Shown piece after piece: positions 52,210 through 61,633 of a DNA stretch of 64,000 bases. The translations under genes and the position numbers were made by a program. The DNA is taken from NCBI GenBank assembly GCA_035527895.1, contig DATKZQ010000017.1:3588-67587 (forward strand), in the 5' to 3' direction. The notes below the pieces were generated by a model that worked only from the letters and a program-made list of their open reading frames with translations, did not search any database and was not told where the DNA came from. The stretch is from Desulfatiglandales bacterium (GTDB lineage Bacteria; Desulfobacterota; DSM-4660; Desulfatiglandales; B25-G16). The first letter of the stretch is position 1, and every line of letters begins with the position of its first letter.

Positions 52210-52539
52210 ATGAAATATAGAAAGATTCTCTTGTTCCTGGCAGCGGCTGGTCTTTTACTACTTTACGTTTCACAAGCCCTTCTAGCGGCCACACCTGAGG
52301 CAACGGTTAAGTTAACCGTACCGAATTTGCCTGCGCCAGGTGGTGGGTGAGGTGATCCACAGGAAGGGATAAAGTCTATCCTGACGAGTATTGATGGCAT
52401 AACGAAATACCATCTTGACGCAGAAGCCTTCACGGTCACGGTTACCTTTGATGATAGTAAGACCACCGTTAACCTGATCATGGAAAGGCTTGCAAAGGGA
52501 GGCTACCCGGTCAAAGGCGAACCCCGTTGGGTAGAGTAA
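52210..52539 (+). CDS. Secreted HMA-like protein with an in-frame TGA (candidate selenoprotein), copy 2
   Basis: GGGAGG RBS and a signal peptide. The frame reads ...PNLPAPGGG-TGA(52348-52350)-GDPQEGIKSIL...FTVTVTFD...GGYPVKGEPRWVE*. Confidence 0.65.
52366..52382 (+). promoter_or_regulatory. Candidate SECIS upper stem-loop
   Basis: GGGATA-aagtc-TATCCT lies 15 nt after the TGA and is homologous to 36617..36635. Confidence 0.45.
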
Positions 52540-52696
52540 TTCTGCTCATCGCCCTGCCCATTGCCGGTTAGGATCATGGGCAGGCTTAGCCTAAGGAGGG
52601 TCTTGCCATAAGGAACATGTGGAAGAACCCTTCCTCCTGTCCTTATCCTGTTGCCGTGGGCGGAAAGCTCTCAGGCGCGCCGATCTGATGTGGACA

Positions 52697-52969
52697 TTAG
52701 CCTCCCGCAATCATGAGGGTTATTGAGAGCTTATCGCCGTCCTTGACCGGTTTGGCAAGTTCCTCCGGGTAGGAGCTTTCGGCGTTGACGTAGATATCAA
52801 TATAGTTGAGCAGCTTTCCCTTCTTGTCGAAAAGCTTGCTCTTGATGTCGGGAAACCTCTGCACCAAGTCAGCGAGGCACTCACCTACGGTGGCACCTGA
52901 AACGTTAACTGTGGCCTGATTGTTCGTGATATGGCGTAATGCCTGGTGAATATTTACCGTTATGCTCAA
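52697..52969 (-). CDS. MoaD/ThiS-family ubiquitin-like sulfur carrier
   Basis: A 90-aa protein ending ...ITLMIAGG*, with the C-terminal Gly-Gly. It follows ThiF after a 3-nt gap. Confidence 0.8.
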   Translation of the reverse strand: MSITVNIHQALRHITNNQATVNVSGATVGECLADLVQRFPDIKSKLFDKKGKLLNYIDIYVNAESSYPEELAKPVKDGDKLSITLMIAGG

Positions 52970-52972
52970 TTC

Positions 52973-53716
52973 CTACTCCTTTCTCGTCGCCTGACCGCAG
53001 TGCTCGCAATGGGGGTCTTTCTTGACCCTCAATTCGGTGAACTGCATGCTGAGCCCGTCATAAATTAAGAGTTTATTGATCAGAAGTTCACCAACCCCCA
53101 CGAGGTACTTTACTGCCTCGGTTGCCTGAATGCAGCCGATAACCGCCGGTGTAACTCCAATCACCGGGAATTTCTCTTCAGGAATAACCCCCCGATACAC
53201 ACATCTGAGGCATGCCGATTTGCCGGGGACGATGGTCATAGCCCTTCCTTCGAACCCGTAGACTGCTCCATGAAAGAAGGGGATATTGTTTTCGATGGCG
53301 ACCTTGTTTAACAGGTATCTCGTGGGCAGGTTATCCATGGCATCAACAATGAGATTGCAGTCGGATACCAGGTGATCGAGATTGGCTTCCGTTATCGTAT
53401 CTCCGATGGCCTCTATTTTCACGTCCGGATTCAGTCTCATGAGCTTTTCTTTGGCTGAGTCAACCTTGCTCTTGCCCCGGTCTTCATGCCAGTGCAGGAT
53501 CTGCCGATTCAGGTTGCTGAGCTCGACCGTATCATGGTCAACGATTCGTATGCTGCCAATGCCGGCCGCAGTCAAATAGACGGCAGCCGGAGACCCGAGC
53601 CCGCCAGCACCGGCGATGAGCACGCGGGCCTTCTTGAGCCTTTCTTGCCCTTCCTCGCCGAAGCCCTGAATCATTATTTGCCGGTCATACCGTTCTCGTT
53701 CACGAGCGGTTAACAT
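52973..53716 (-). CDS. ThiF/MoeB/HesA-family adenylyltransferase (E1-like)
   Basis: YDRQIMIQGFGEEGQERL, AGAGGLGSPAAVYLTAAGIG, CLRC and CEHC. Confidence 0.85.
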   Translation of the reverse strand: MLTARERERYDRQIMIQGFGEEGQERLKKARVLIAGAGGLGSPAAVYLTAAGIGSIRIVDHDTVELSNLNRQILHWHEDRGKSKVDSAKEKLMRLNPDVKIEAIGDTITEANLDHLVSDCNLIVDAMDNLPTRYLLNKVAIENNIPFFHGAVYGFEGRAMTIVPGKSACLRCVYRGVIPEEKFPVIGVTPAVIGCIQATEAVKYLVGVGELLINKLLIYDGLSMQFTELRVKKDPHCEHCGQATRKE

Positions 53717-53733
53717 ATGCTCATTACTCCCTG

Positions 53734-54057
53734 CTATTGCGTCTCTTCGCCTATCCAGTTTAAATAGTCGGGGTTACCACCGATGATAGGCAAGGCGATT
53801 ACCTCCGGGACGTCGTAGCTATGAATCTCTTTGACCAGGCTAACGATCTCATCAAGCGACGAGGCCTTACTCTTAACAATCAGGAGGCTTTCCTGATCGG
53901 AATCCATTCGGCCTTCCCACCAAAAGAGGGATGTAACCGTGGGCACGATATTGACGCACGCCGCTTTCCTGTGCTCGAGGAGTGCTTCGGCTACTCGCCG
54001 GGCTTCTCCATCGGTGCCGGTGGTTATCAAAATGACTATATTCTGATCATTTTCCAT
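53734..54057 (-). CDS. cutA: CutA1 divalent-cation tolerance protein
   Basis: ACVNIVPTVTSLFWWEGRMDSDQESLLIVKS...HSYDVPEVIALPI. Confidence 0.8.
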   Translation of the reverse strand: MENDQNIVILITTGTDGEARRVAEALLEHRKAACVNIVPTVTSLFWWEGRMDSDQESLLIVKSKASSLDEIVSLVKEIHSYDVPEVIALPIIGGNPDYLNWIGEETQ

Positions 54058-54826
54058 GAGACACCACCCTCCAGCTATGGGTGTAAACATTCATCCGGTT
54101 TTCACGGACAAAACCAATGAGCGTTATACCCAGTTCGTCAGCTAGTTTTACCCCTAGATTTGTGGGAGCGGATTTCGATATGAGGAGTGGGATCTTCCTT
54201 TTAGCCGCCTTGCTCAATATCTCAGAGGATACCCTCCCACTGGTAACAAGCAGGCGATCATGAATTGGTATATCCTTTAAGAGGCATTCACCGAAGACCT
54301 TATCAATAGCATTGTGTCGCCCGATATCCTCACTGAAGACCAGGATGCTCTTCGTATCGCATAAGGCAGCACTGTGCACACCACCGGTAGACTCGAATAG
54401 TTCAGAGCGGTGAACGAATTGTTCAACGAGATTGAGAACCTCAGAAGGCGAAAGGTGGATGGGCGTGTCTATCTTCGATCGTGGATCAATGCCGGCATAA
54501 GGAGAGCCTCCCTTTCCTCCGCTTGAGCCAATGAGCCGCTTAGAGAGAATATCCTCTGGGAACTTCTGAGGCATTTTGGTTGCCACCCTCACAAGGCTTC
54601 CCTCGGCATTAAGATCTATTTCTTTGATGTCGTCTTTGCTGTTTATTAAGCCTTCTGAAAACAAAAAGCCAATCGCGAGACAATCCAGCTTTTCCGGGGA
54701 GCACAAAAGCGCCACCAGTTCGCGGTCATTCAGGACGATCGTGAGGTGGAATTCCTTTACAACAATGTCCTCCATCTCCATTATTCTGTCCCTGGTTGCG
54801 CGGAGGATGGGGAATTTATCCAACAT
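54047..54826 (-). CDS. fdhD: Formate dehydrogenase accessory sulfurtransferase FdhD, paralogue 2
   Basis: TGGVHSAALC, EDIGRHNAIDK and SGRVSSEILSK. It is clearly paralogous to 37916..38713. Confidence 0.85.
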   Translation of the reverse strand: MLDKFPILRATRDRIMEMEDIVVKEFHLTIVLNDRELVALLCSPEKLDCLAIGFLFSEGLINSKDDIKEIDLNAEGSLVRVATKMPQKFPEDILSKRLIGSSGGKGGSPYAGIDPRSKIDTPIHLSPSEVLNLVEQFVHRSELFESTGGVHSAALCDTKSILVFSEDIGRHNAIDKVFGECLLKDIPIHDRLLVTSGRVSSEILSKAAKRKIPLLISKSAPTNLGVKLADELGITLIGFVRENRMNVYTHSWRVVSHGK

Positions 54827-55271
54827 TTCCGATCCTTATTGGGTCTCCAGCTCTGATAACCCCGCCACGGATTACCCTGGCGAAGACACCCTCTGTGGGC
54901 ATAACACACGTGCCTGCCTGCCGGAAGATCGCACATTTGGCGTGGCACTCCTTGCCGAATTGGGTAAGTTCAAGGACGGTCTCATTTCCAACAGTGAGAT
55001 GTGTGCCAATGGACAGGGACAGGAGGTTTATCCCCTTGGTTGTCAGATTCTCAGCAAAATCCCCGGGGCCAACATCGAAACCAAGGCCTCTCATCTTCTC
55101 AATGCTTTCAACGGCCAACAGGCTTACCTGGCGATGTGTACAGGGGTCGGCATGGGCATCGCCAAGAAAACCAAAATCCTTTTCAGCAGTAGCCTCTGAC
55201 ACCGTCTTTTTTCTCGTGCCCTTTGTCTTGCTGGTGCATACAGCAACTATGTTCGCCACCGAAGACTCCAA
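54816..55271 (-). CDS. MOSC domain-containing protein
   Basis: HRQVSLLAVESIE, GDFAENLTTKGINL and ELTQFGKECHAKC in a 151-aa protein. Confidence 0.7.
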   Translation of the reverse strand: MESSVANIVAVCTSKTKGTRKKTVSEATAEKDFGFLGDAHADPCTHRQVSLLAVESIEKMRGLGFDVGPGDFAENLTTKGINLLSLSIGTHLTVGNETVLELTQFGKECHAKCAIFRQAGTCVMPTEGVFARVIRGGVIRAGDPIRIGNVG

Positions 55272-55276
55272 CTATC

Positions 55277-55738
55277 TCAAAACCCAATGCGTCTTTCAGA
55301 TTTTTGCTCTTCTGCGTATTCTGTACATCTCTTTCTATGCCGGTCTACCAAATCCTGCAAAGTGATAGAATCGAGCAAGCTGTCGCAGGCCCTTTTCATC
55401 TCCACCCAGACTTCGCGAGTTGTGCATTCGTTGCTTTGGGTACAGAACCCAGGCTCATCAACACAAGGTACAGGTGCCGTCGAACCTTCTGTAACCTCCA
55501 TGATTTCAGTGAGCCATATTTCTGAGGGCGGTCGAGCCAGCGTAAATCCACCCGAAGCGCCGCGAGCGCTCTTCACCAGGCCCGCTGATCTGAGGGGAAT
55601 AAACAGTTGCTCGAGATATCCCCGAGATATACTTTGCCTTTCAGAGATATCCTTTACCAATACCGGACCCTCTCCAAGATGGAGGGCCAAATCAAGCATA
55701 GTCCGTGCGGAATATCTTCCTTTTGTAGAGAGCCTCAT
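55277..55738 (-). CDS. Rrf2-family transcriptional regulator (IscR-like, Cys-containing)
   Basis: MRLSTKGRYSARTMLDLAL, ISRGYLEQLFIPLRSAGLVKSARGASGGFTLA and the Cys cluster PCVDEPGFCTQSNEC. Confidence 0.85.
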   Translation of the reverse strand: MRLSTKGRYSARTMLDLALHLGEGPVLVKDISERQSISRGYLEQLFIPLRSAGLVKSARGASGGFTLARPPSEIWLTEIMEVTEGSTAPVPCVDEPGFCTQSNECTTREVWVEMKRACDSLLDSITLQDLVDRHRKRCTEYAEEQKSERRIGF

Positions 55739-55933
55739 CGCGGATTTATGGCACATACTTTACTAATAAATAATTATCACAAAGACAGAATCTGTCAAGG
55801 TACCAATTGTCAATTGACCGGCATCAACGGGATTCAGACTAAAAAGATTACTGAGGAAGGCCTTTGGCACAATCAATCGAGAGGGCAGACCTGTTGCACA
55901 ATATGAGTCAACATAATGGATGAGGAGGGATGG

Positions 55934-57142
55934 TCAGATTATGCCTAGTTTTTTTCCTTCCTGTTCTGCGATTTCGAGGGTCTGATCTAGCTCTTCATCG
56001 GTATGGATGGCCATAAATGATGTCCGAATCAGGGCGCGGTTCGGAGGAACACCCGGGCTTACGACCGGATTGACATACACGCCTCTGTCAAAGAGGTTTT
56101 TCCAGAAAAGGAAGGTCTTTTGGTTATCCCCGATAATCAGGGGCACAATGGGTGTTTCGCTTTTTCCGATATTGAAACCCATGCTTGAGAAGCCCTGTAT
56201 CATTTTGCGGGCTATTTCCTGCAATCTGATTACACGTTGGGGTTCTCGTTCAATGATGCCAAGGGCCGCCATGACTGCGGCAATATTAGCAGGAGGCATG
56301 CTTGCGCTGAAGATGAGCGGTCGCGAGACATGCTTGATGTAATCAATGACCCTTTCCTCACCTGCCACAAAACCGCCTATTGAGCCGAAAGCCTTGGAGA
56401 AGGTGCACATGATCAAGTCGGGCCCTTCTTGATCGTGGTAAAATTCTGTTGTGCCGCGGCCCGTCTTACCTATTACACCTATTGCATGGGCGTCGTCCAG
56501 ATAGAGCCCGACACGGTATTTTTCGCACAGGGCCTTGAGCTCAGGAAGCTTGGCAATATCTCCCTCCATACTGAAAACACCATCGGTTACAAGCAGCTTT
56601 GCCGCTTCAGGGGGGATACCTGAGAGCTTTTTTTCCAGGTCCTCCAAATCATTATGCTTGAATCGGTGGATGTTGACTTTGCGATTTAGGCCAAGGGCGA
56701 GAAAAATGCCATCCATGATGGAAGCATGGTTAAATTTGTCGGTAAGCACGTGCTCCCCGCGCCCAACAAGTGCGGATATCGAACCCAGGTTAGTCTGATA
56801 GCCTGTGGTAAAGCAGAGAGCTGCTTCTTTGCCTACGAAGACAGCGAGCCGTTCCTCGAGTTCTTCGTGGAGGGTCAGCGTTCCATTCATGAAGCGTGAG
56901 CCGGAACAGCTTGTTCCATATTTCTTGATAGCCTCTATGCTTGCTTCGCGAACCTCCGGGTCTAAGGCAAGCCCGAGATAGTTATTTGAGCCGGCCATGA
57001 TAAGTTCCCGACCCTCAATGATTACCCTTGATCCCCGAGAGCCCTGAATGGGCTTGAAATAAGGATAAAGACCGAATTCTCGAGCTTTCACTGCTTCTGT
57101 GAAGTTATAGCATTTCTGGAAAATCCCTGGTGTACCGTTCAT
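55934..57142 (-). CDS. PLP-dependent alpha-oxoamine synthase, serine palmitoyltransferase-like
   Basis: GLYPYFKPI, AGSNNYLGL, GSRFMNGT, FNHASIMDG and TFSKAFGSIGG (PLP Lys) in a 402-aa protein. Confidence 0.6.
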   Translation of the reverse strand: MNGTPGIFQKCYNFTEAVKAREFGLYPYFKPIQGSRGSRVIIEGRELIMAGSNNYLGLALDPEVREASIEAIKKYGTSCSGSRFMNGTLTLHEELEERLAVFVGKEAALCFTTGYQTNLGSISALVGRGEHVLTDKFNHASIMDGIFLALGLNRKVNIHRFKHNDLEDLEKKLSGIPPEAAKLLVTDGVFSMEGDIAKLPELKALCEKYRVGLYLDDAHAIGVIGKTGRGTTEFYHDQEGPDLIMCTFSKAFGSIGGFVAGEERVIDYIKHVSRPLIFSASMPPANIAAVMAALGIIEREPQRVIRLQEIARKMIQGFSSMGFNIGKSETPIVPLIIGDNQKTFLFWKNLFDRGVYVNPVVSPGVPPNRALIRTSFMAIHTDEELDQTLEIAEQEGKKLGII

Positions 57143-57212
57143 ACTTCCCCCTGAAATCTTGGCATCTTCATCATCGTGCGTATCCTAGAAAGCACTCGCA
57201 TTTTCTTTGCTC

Positions 57213-58034
57213 TCAGGTGCCGTGCTTCTGCACCCGTCGTATCTCTCGGTCCATCATCCAGTTAACCCAGGTGGGAAAAAGACGTTTTGCCAGATAGATC
57301 ATTTTTCCTGAAAAACCGGAGATAATCATGAATTCCCCCTTTTCCATGCCGCGGATACAGGCCTTTGCAACAGCCTCAGCGCTCATTGGCTTTGATTTTT
57401 CTGAAAGAGCTTTGGTTTCAGCTGGTTTTGTCTTATTTTCTTCGGCAAGTTGCGGCGTATCGGTATCGGGGGGACAGAGGACTGAAACACTAATGCCGTA
57501 TCTCTTAAGCTCTGCTCTGAGTGCTTCGGATAGGCCGATCACTCCAAACTTGGATGCGCTGTAGGCGGTGTATCCAAACGTTCCAATAAAACCGGCGATA
57601 GATGAGATGTTGACAATAGTTCCACCTTTGTCTCTCATATATGGTTCCAAAACCCTAATCACATTCCATGTCCCTATCAGGTTTATCGTGATTACGTCAA
57701 CTAACTTTTCATATGGAATTTCTTGGAAATAGTTAGGATAGGCAATACCTGCCGAATTGACGAGAATATCAGGAGCACCGTAAGTCTCTGCGGTCCTGGA
57801 AAGCGTGTCTCGGACCTGATCCATTTTGGAGACATCAACCGAGACGAGATGAACCGTCTGGCGCTCTTTGCTCGTAAGTGATTGAAGATCTTCACGAGCA
57901 GACTCAAGCCTTTCATGGTTTCTTGCTATGAGCACCACTGTTGCCCCGCACCTTAGGAGTTCCCTGGCAATCGCCAGACCGATTCCGCTGGAACCACCGG
58001 TAATGTATGCGGTTTTTGCTGAATAATTTTTCAT
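57213..58034 (-). CDS. SDR-family oxidoreductase (3-ketodihydrosphingosine reductase-like)
   Basis: TGGSSGIG, NSAG and YSASK (catalytic YxxxK). The start is chosen at ATG 58034. Confidence 0.65.
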   Translation of the reverse strand: MKNYSAKTAYITGGSSGIGLAIARELLRCGATVVLIARNHERLESAREDLQSLTSKERQTVHLVSVDVSKMDQVRDTLSRTAETYGAPDILVNSAGIAYPNYFQEIPYEKLVDVITINLIGTWNVIRVLEPYMRDKGGTIVNISSIAGFIGTFGYTAYSASKFGVIGLSEALRAELKRYGISVSVLCPPDTDTPQLAEENKTKPAETKALSEKSKPMSAEAVAKACIRGMEKGEFMIISGFSGKMIYLAKRLFPTWVNWMMDREIRRVQKHGT

Positions 58035-58752
58035 AGCCTGATAGGCCCTGCCTTTTTTTGGAAAAGGTGCATGCTCACGTAAGACCGAAAAGCCATGGGT
58101 TCCATGGTCTAATTCGCAAAAACCGGTGCCATCGGAGGACCGGAGAGGCAGAAGCATGGCATTATTGGGAAATCAGCGAAAGAATGAAAAAAAGGGCACG
58201 ACTTCTGGCTGCCATGCCGATTAACGGTTTCTCTAAAGGTTGTCACGAGCACCATGAGCGTTAATTCTTTCGAAATATTACATGTCAGCAGATTTTTCAG
58301 TACACAACAGAAAACAAGGAGACGCGTATTCGGCGGAAAGAAGCATAGGCGAAAGATCACGGAGTGTCAATAATTAATCCGGAACCCCAAATGATCAAAA
58401 ACACAGGACCGTTGCTCAACGTCAAGGACTGCGAGTGTCGGGATATGGTCCCTAATGCCTGCTCATATAAGGGGAGAAGCGTGTTTTGGGATGAGGCTCT
58501 CTTTTGGGACAACTGCGGCCTTGAGCGTTTCATGATTCGTTCATTCATTTACTGGCCCTCTGCAGAGCAGTTATTTACCTGTACTTTCGGTATGTGGCAC
58601 AGGCCGTTTTCACGTCTCGTATCACCCGCCATTACTCAGAGAGATATTCGGGTCATTTTTGTTTGCTTGCTTTAGAGGCCGATATCCTGTAGAAATGAAC
58701 TTTATTCCATTATTATCCCTATAAAGTCTGATAGATCTAAACCGAATCCCAG

Positions 58753-59640
58753 ATGCGCCTTCAAGATTTCTTTAGCAGCAGACCGATTACACAGCTCGGT
58801 ATTTACTTGGCCCAGTATGTGCCCAAAAGGATCGGGTATCGGCTGGCACAGATTGCAGCCACTATCATTGCACGCCGAAGGCCTCAGGTTTATTGGACGG
58901 TTCGGGGCAATTTGCGCCAGATCGTTGGCCCGGAGGCAGAGGAAAAGGCACTTCACAACATGGCGCGTCAACTCTTTGCTCATGCCGGGCAGACCTACTA
59001 TGACTTTTTCCATCTCATAGGCCGGCCCCCGGAAGTGCATGCCGAGATGGTACGCATCCCCGAATCTATGCTTACCTGTATTAGATCGGAAATGAGTAGA
59101 GGTCGGGGTGTTCTGCTGCTGGGAACGCATATGAGCAACTTCGATCTTGTTTTATTGGCCTTCGGAGCATATGGGTTTCCCGTTCAGGTGCTCACCGTAT
59201 CGGACCCGGTACCGGGTTTCCACGTATTGAATCGTCTACGGATCAGGGCGGGTTTTGAGGTCACCCCAATCACACCTGAATCGCTGCGGGCGGCTGTCCG
59301 CCGATTGAAAGGCGGTGGTATCGTTGTAACCGCCGGGGATCGCCCCATCCCAGAGGATCGTGAGTTGATCAGCTTCTTCGGCCGCCCGGCTTACTTACCC
59401 CTGGGGCCTGCAAGATTGGCAATGATGAGCGAAGCAACAGTTCTCATGGGCGGCTGCCAGTATGACCCAAAACAGGGTTATGTTTTGGAGGTTACAGGAC
59501 CTATTGAACTGGTGCGTACCGGCAACTGGCGAAAAGATGTGCTTGATAATACCACTAAGCTTACCAGTGTTTTGGAAAGGTATGTCCGCGCACATCCTGA
59601 GCAGTGGATGATGTTCTACCCACTTTGGCCGGAGTCGTGA
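58753..59640 (+). CDS. Lysophospholipid / lipid A-type (LpxL/HtrB family) acyltransferase
   Basis: A 295-aa protein with the GTHMSNFD (HX4D-like) motif. Confidence 0.6.
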   Translation: MRLQDFFSSRPITQLGIYLAQYVPKRIGYRLAQIAATIIARRRPQVYWTVRGNLRQIVGPEAEEKALHNMARQLFAHAGQTYYDFFHLIGRPPEVHAEMVRIPESMLTCIRSEMSRGRGVLLLGTHMSNFDLVLLAFGAYGFPVQVLTVSDPVPGFHVLNRLRIRAGFEVTPITPESLRAAVRRLKGGGIVVTAGDRPIPEDRELISFFGRPAYLPLGPARLAMMSEATVLMGGCQYDPKQGYVLEVTGPIELVRTGNWRKDVLDNTTKLTSVLERYVRAHPEQWMMFYPLWPES

Positions 59641-59691
59641 AAGGTCTCGGCTCATCGTTTTTCACCCTATGCTATCGAACAGGTTTACTAT

Positions 59692-60348
59692 ATGGAGTCG
59701 CTGATTGAGGTAGTTCAACGCTTTTGGGCCGACCTGCAGAACGGGCAGGTCCTTGAGCTCGGCTATTGGACTTACATCGTGCTGGCACTGTGTAACATGG
59801 TACAGGGACCGCTCGTCACCTTGTTGGGCGCCGCGGCCGCGTCGGCAGGGCTCCTGCGCCCGAGCCTGGTCTTCATAGCGTCGGTCACCGGGCATCTGAC
59901 TGCCGACATCGTGTGGTATTCATTAGGGCATGCAGGCAAAATTGAATGGTTCAGCCGGCTGATGCCGGCACACCGTAAGCATATCGAGAAGTTGCAGCGG
60001 GGAATGCACCGTAATGCCAGGAAGATACTGTTGATGGCCAAGCTCTCTTCTGGTTTGGCCGTGCCAGCCCTCATTGCGGCAGGGCTCACAAGGGTTGCCT
60101 GGCGAAGGTGTTTTCCGATCGTACTGGTGGGGGAGGTGCTCTGCACCAGCATACTCATGCTCACCGGTTACTATGCCACCGAAGCGATTATTCGACGGGC
60201 TGATTGGGGCATGCTGTTTGTGATATTGGGACTTTTAGTCATTTTCCTACTAATGCTTTTTTGGGTCATTCCGCGTGCCTTGCGGCGAAACGAGCGATTG
60301 AGCAAGTTGGCAATCGAAGGTGATGGCAAGCTAGAGGCCGGGAGGTAA
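59692..60348 (+). CDS. DedA/VTT-domain membrane protein
   Basis: A 218-aa polytopic protein with a DedA-like pattern. Confidence 0.5.
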   Translation: MESLIEVVQRFWADLQNGQVLELGYWTYIVLALCNMVQGPLVTLLGAAAASAGLLRPSLVFIASVTGHLTADIVWYSLGHAGKIEWFSRLMPAHRKHIEKLQRGMHRNARKILLMAKLSSGLAVPALIAAGLTRVAWRRCFPIVLVGEVLCTSILMLTGYYATEAIIRRADWGMLFVILGLLVIFLLMLFWVIPRALRRNERLSKLAIEGDGKLEAGR

Positions 60349-60422
60349 GAACAGTGACCTGGTCCGAGAAGAACCCGGTCATGCCCATTTTCGCAAGGCG
60401 ATATCTATTGGCCTCACGGGAT

Positions 60423-60503
60423 GTGGTCACAGAGGTTGGGTTTAGAAAACCTAGACGGAGACTCCTAGGGCTTTTGCGGTGTAAACCCCACCTCTGTGAC
60501 CAC
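60423..60503. repeat. Long hairpin (22-bp stem, one mismatch, 37-nt loop) in the dedA / CDP-alcohol transferase gap
   Basis: GTGGTCACAGAGGTTGGGTTTA ... TAAACCCCACCTCTGTGACCAC. The loop contains CCTAG..CCTAGG. Confidence 0.7.
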
Positions 60504-60742
60504 TACAAGACTCGGTGGAATTCTTTTTTAAGATATCGCCTTTCGAAAACAGCCATGACCTCCTTTGGTGTATGAGTGATACTAATAGCTTAGTGTCGCT
60601 CCATGGGTACTTGAAAAGAGCTATTCAAAAGGGTGAAGAAAAAAAAGATATCCATATCCCTCAACAGCAGCAAGTCAGGCAGAATCGATGCGCATCACTG
60701 TTTTGGGGAGCTAAAGCAATAATCGAATAGACGAAATGCCAA

Positions 60743-61411
60743 ATGAGAGAGACGGAATCGCATAAGAGGATCAACGACATTCTATTAGGTCCGCTCGAAA
60801 GACCGGCATTACAATGGCTGGCTGCACGTATGCCAAGATGGGTGAACCCCGACATCTTGACCGGCGTGGGTCTGTTGGGCTCGGTGGTCATCTTTTTCAG
60901 CTACTGGCTCACCAACATTACCGCGCACTTTTTGTGGCTGGCCAGCCTAGGGCTCGTGATCAACTGGTTCGGTGATAGCCTGGACGGCACACTGGCCCGG
61001 TATCGGAAGATTGAGAGGCCGAAATACGGTTTTTTTATCGACCACACGGTTGATGCCGTCAGCACCCTGCTCATTGTTTTCGGCCTCGGCTTATCACCGT
61101 ATGTCAAGTTTGAGATTGCATGCCTGGCCTTAATCGGCTACCTATTGATGTCCGTTTTCGTTTACATCCGGACCTATGTGCAGGGTGTTTTCAAGATTTC
61201 CTACGGGGGGTTTGGCCCCACAGAGGTGAGGCTCATCCTAATCATAGCAAATACGATAATCTATTTTCTCGGGAACCCTGTTGTAACACTGCCTTTTGGC
61301 GCACTGTCCATTTATGATCTGATCGCCGGTATTGTTGCCATAGCCCTCACCGTGATCTTTTTGGTTTCAACGATCAGGCAGGCTCGGGAGTTGGCAAAGC
61401 TGGGGGAGTGA
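60743..61411 (+). CDS. CDP-alcohol phosphatidyltransferase family protein
   Basis: DSLDGTLARYRKIERPKYGFFIDHTVDAV fits the motif DGx2ARx8Gx3Dx3D. Confidence 0.8.
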   Translation: MRETESHKRINDILLGPLERPALQWLAARMPRWVNPDILTGVGLLGSVVIFFSYWLTNITAHFLWLASLGLVINWFGDSLDGTLARYRKIERPKYGFFIDHTVDAVSTLLIVFGLGLSPYVKFEIACLALIGYLLMSVFVYIRTYVQGVFKISYGGFGPTEVRLILIIANTIIYFLGNPVVTLPFGALSIYDLIAGIVAIALTVIFLVSTIRQARELAKLGE

Positions 61412-61633
61412 GGTGCAGGATCAGGCATTTCCGTAAGCGATTTGTGGGTAGGGCCACCAGGAAGAGAAGTTTTTAAAAGATTTTACAGGTGTGATCTCTG
61501 TAGACTGTCTTTGCCCTTTACGTGCAGCACATTTGTCCCGAGAAACCGGATGTCTTTGTCGGCGGAACTAATTATCGTATGCCAAAAAGGCAGTCCGTGG
61601 CGATAGACAAACTCATGATTCCCCGAGGAGACT

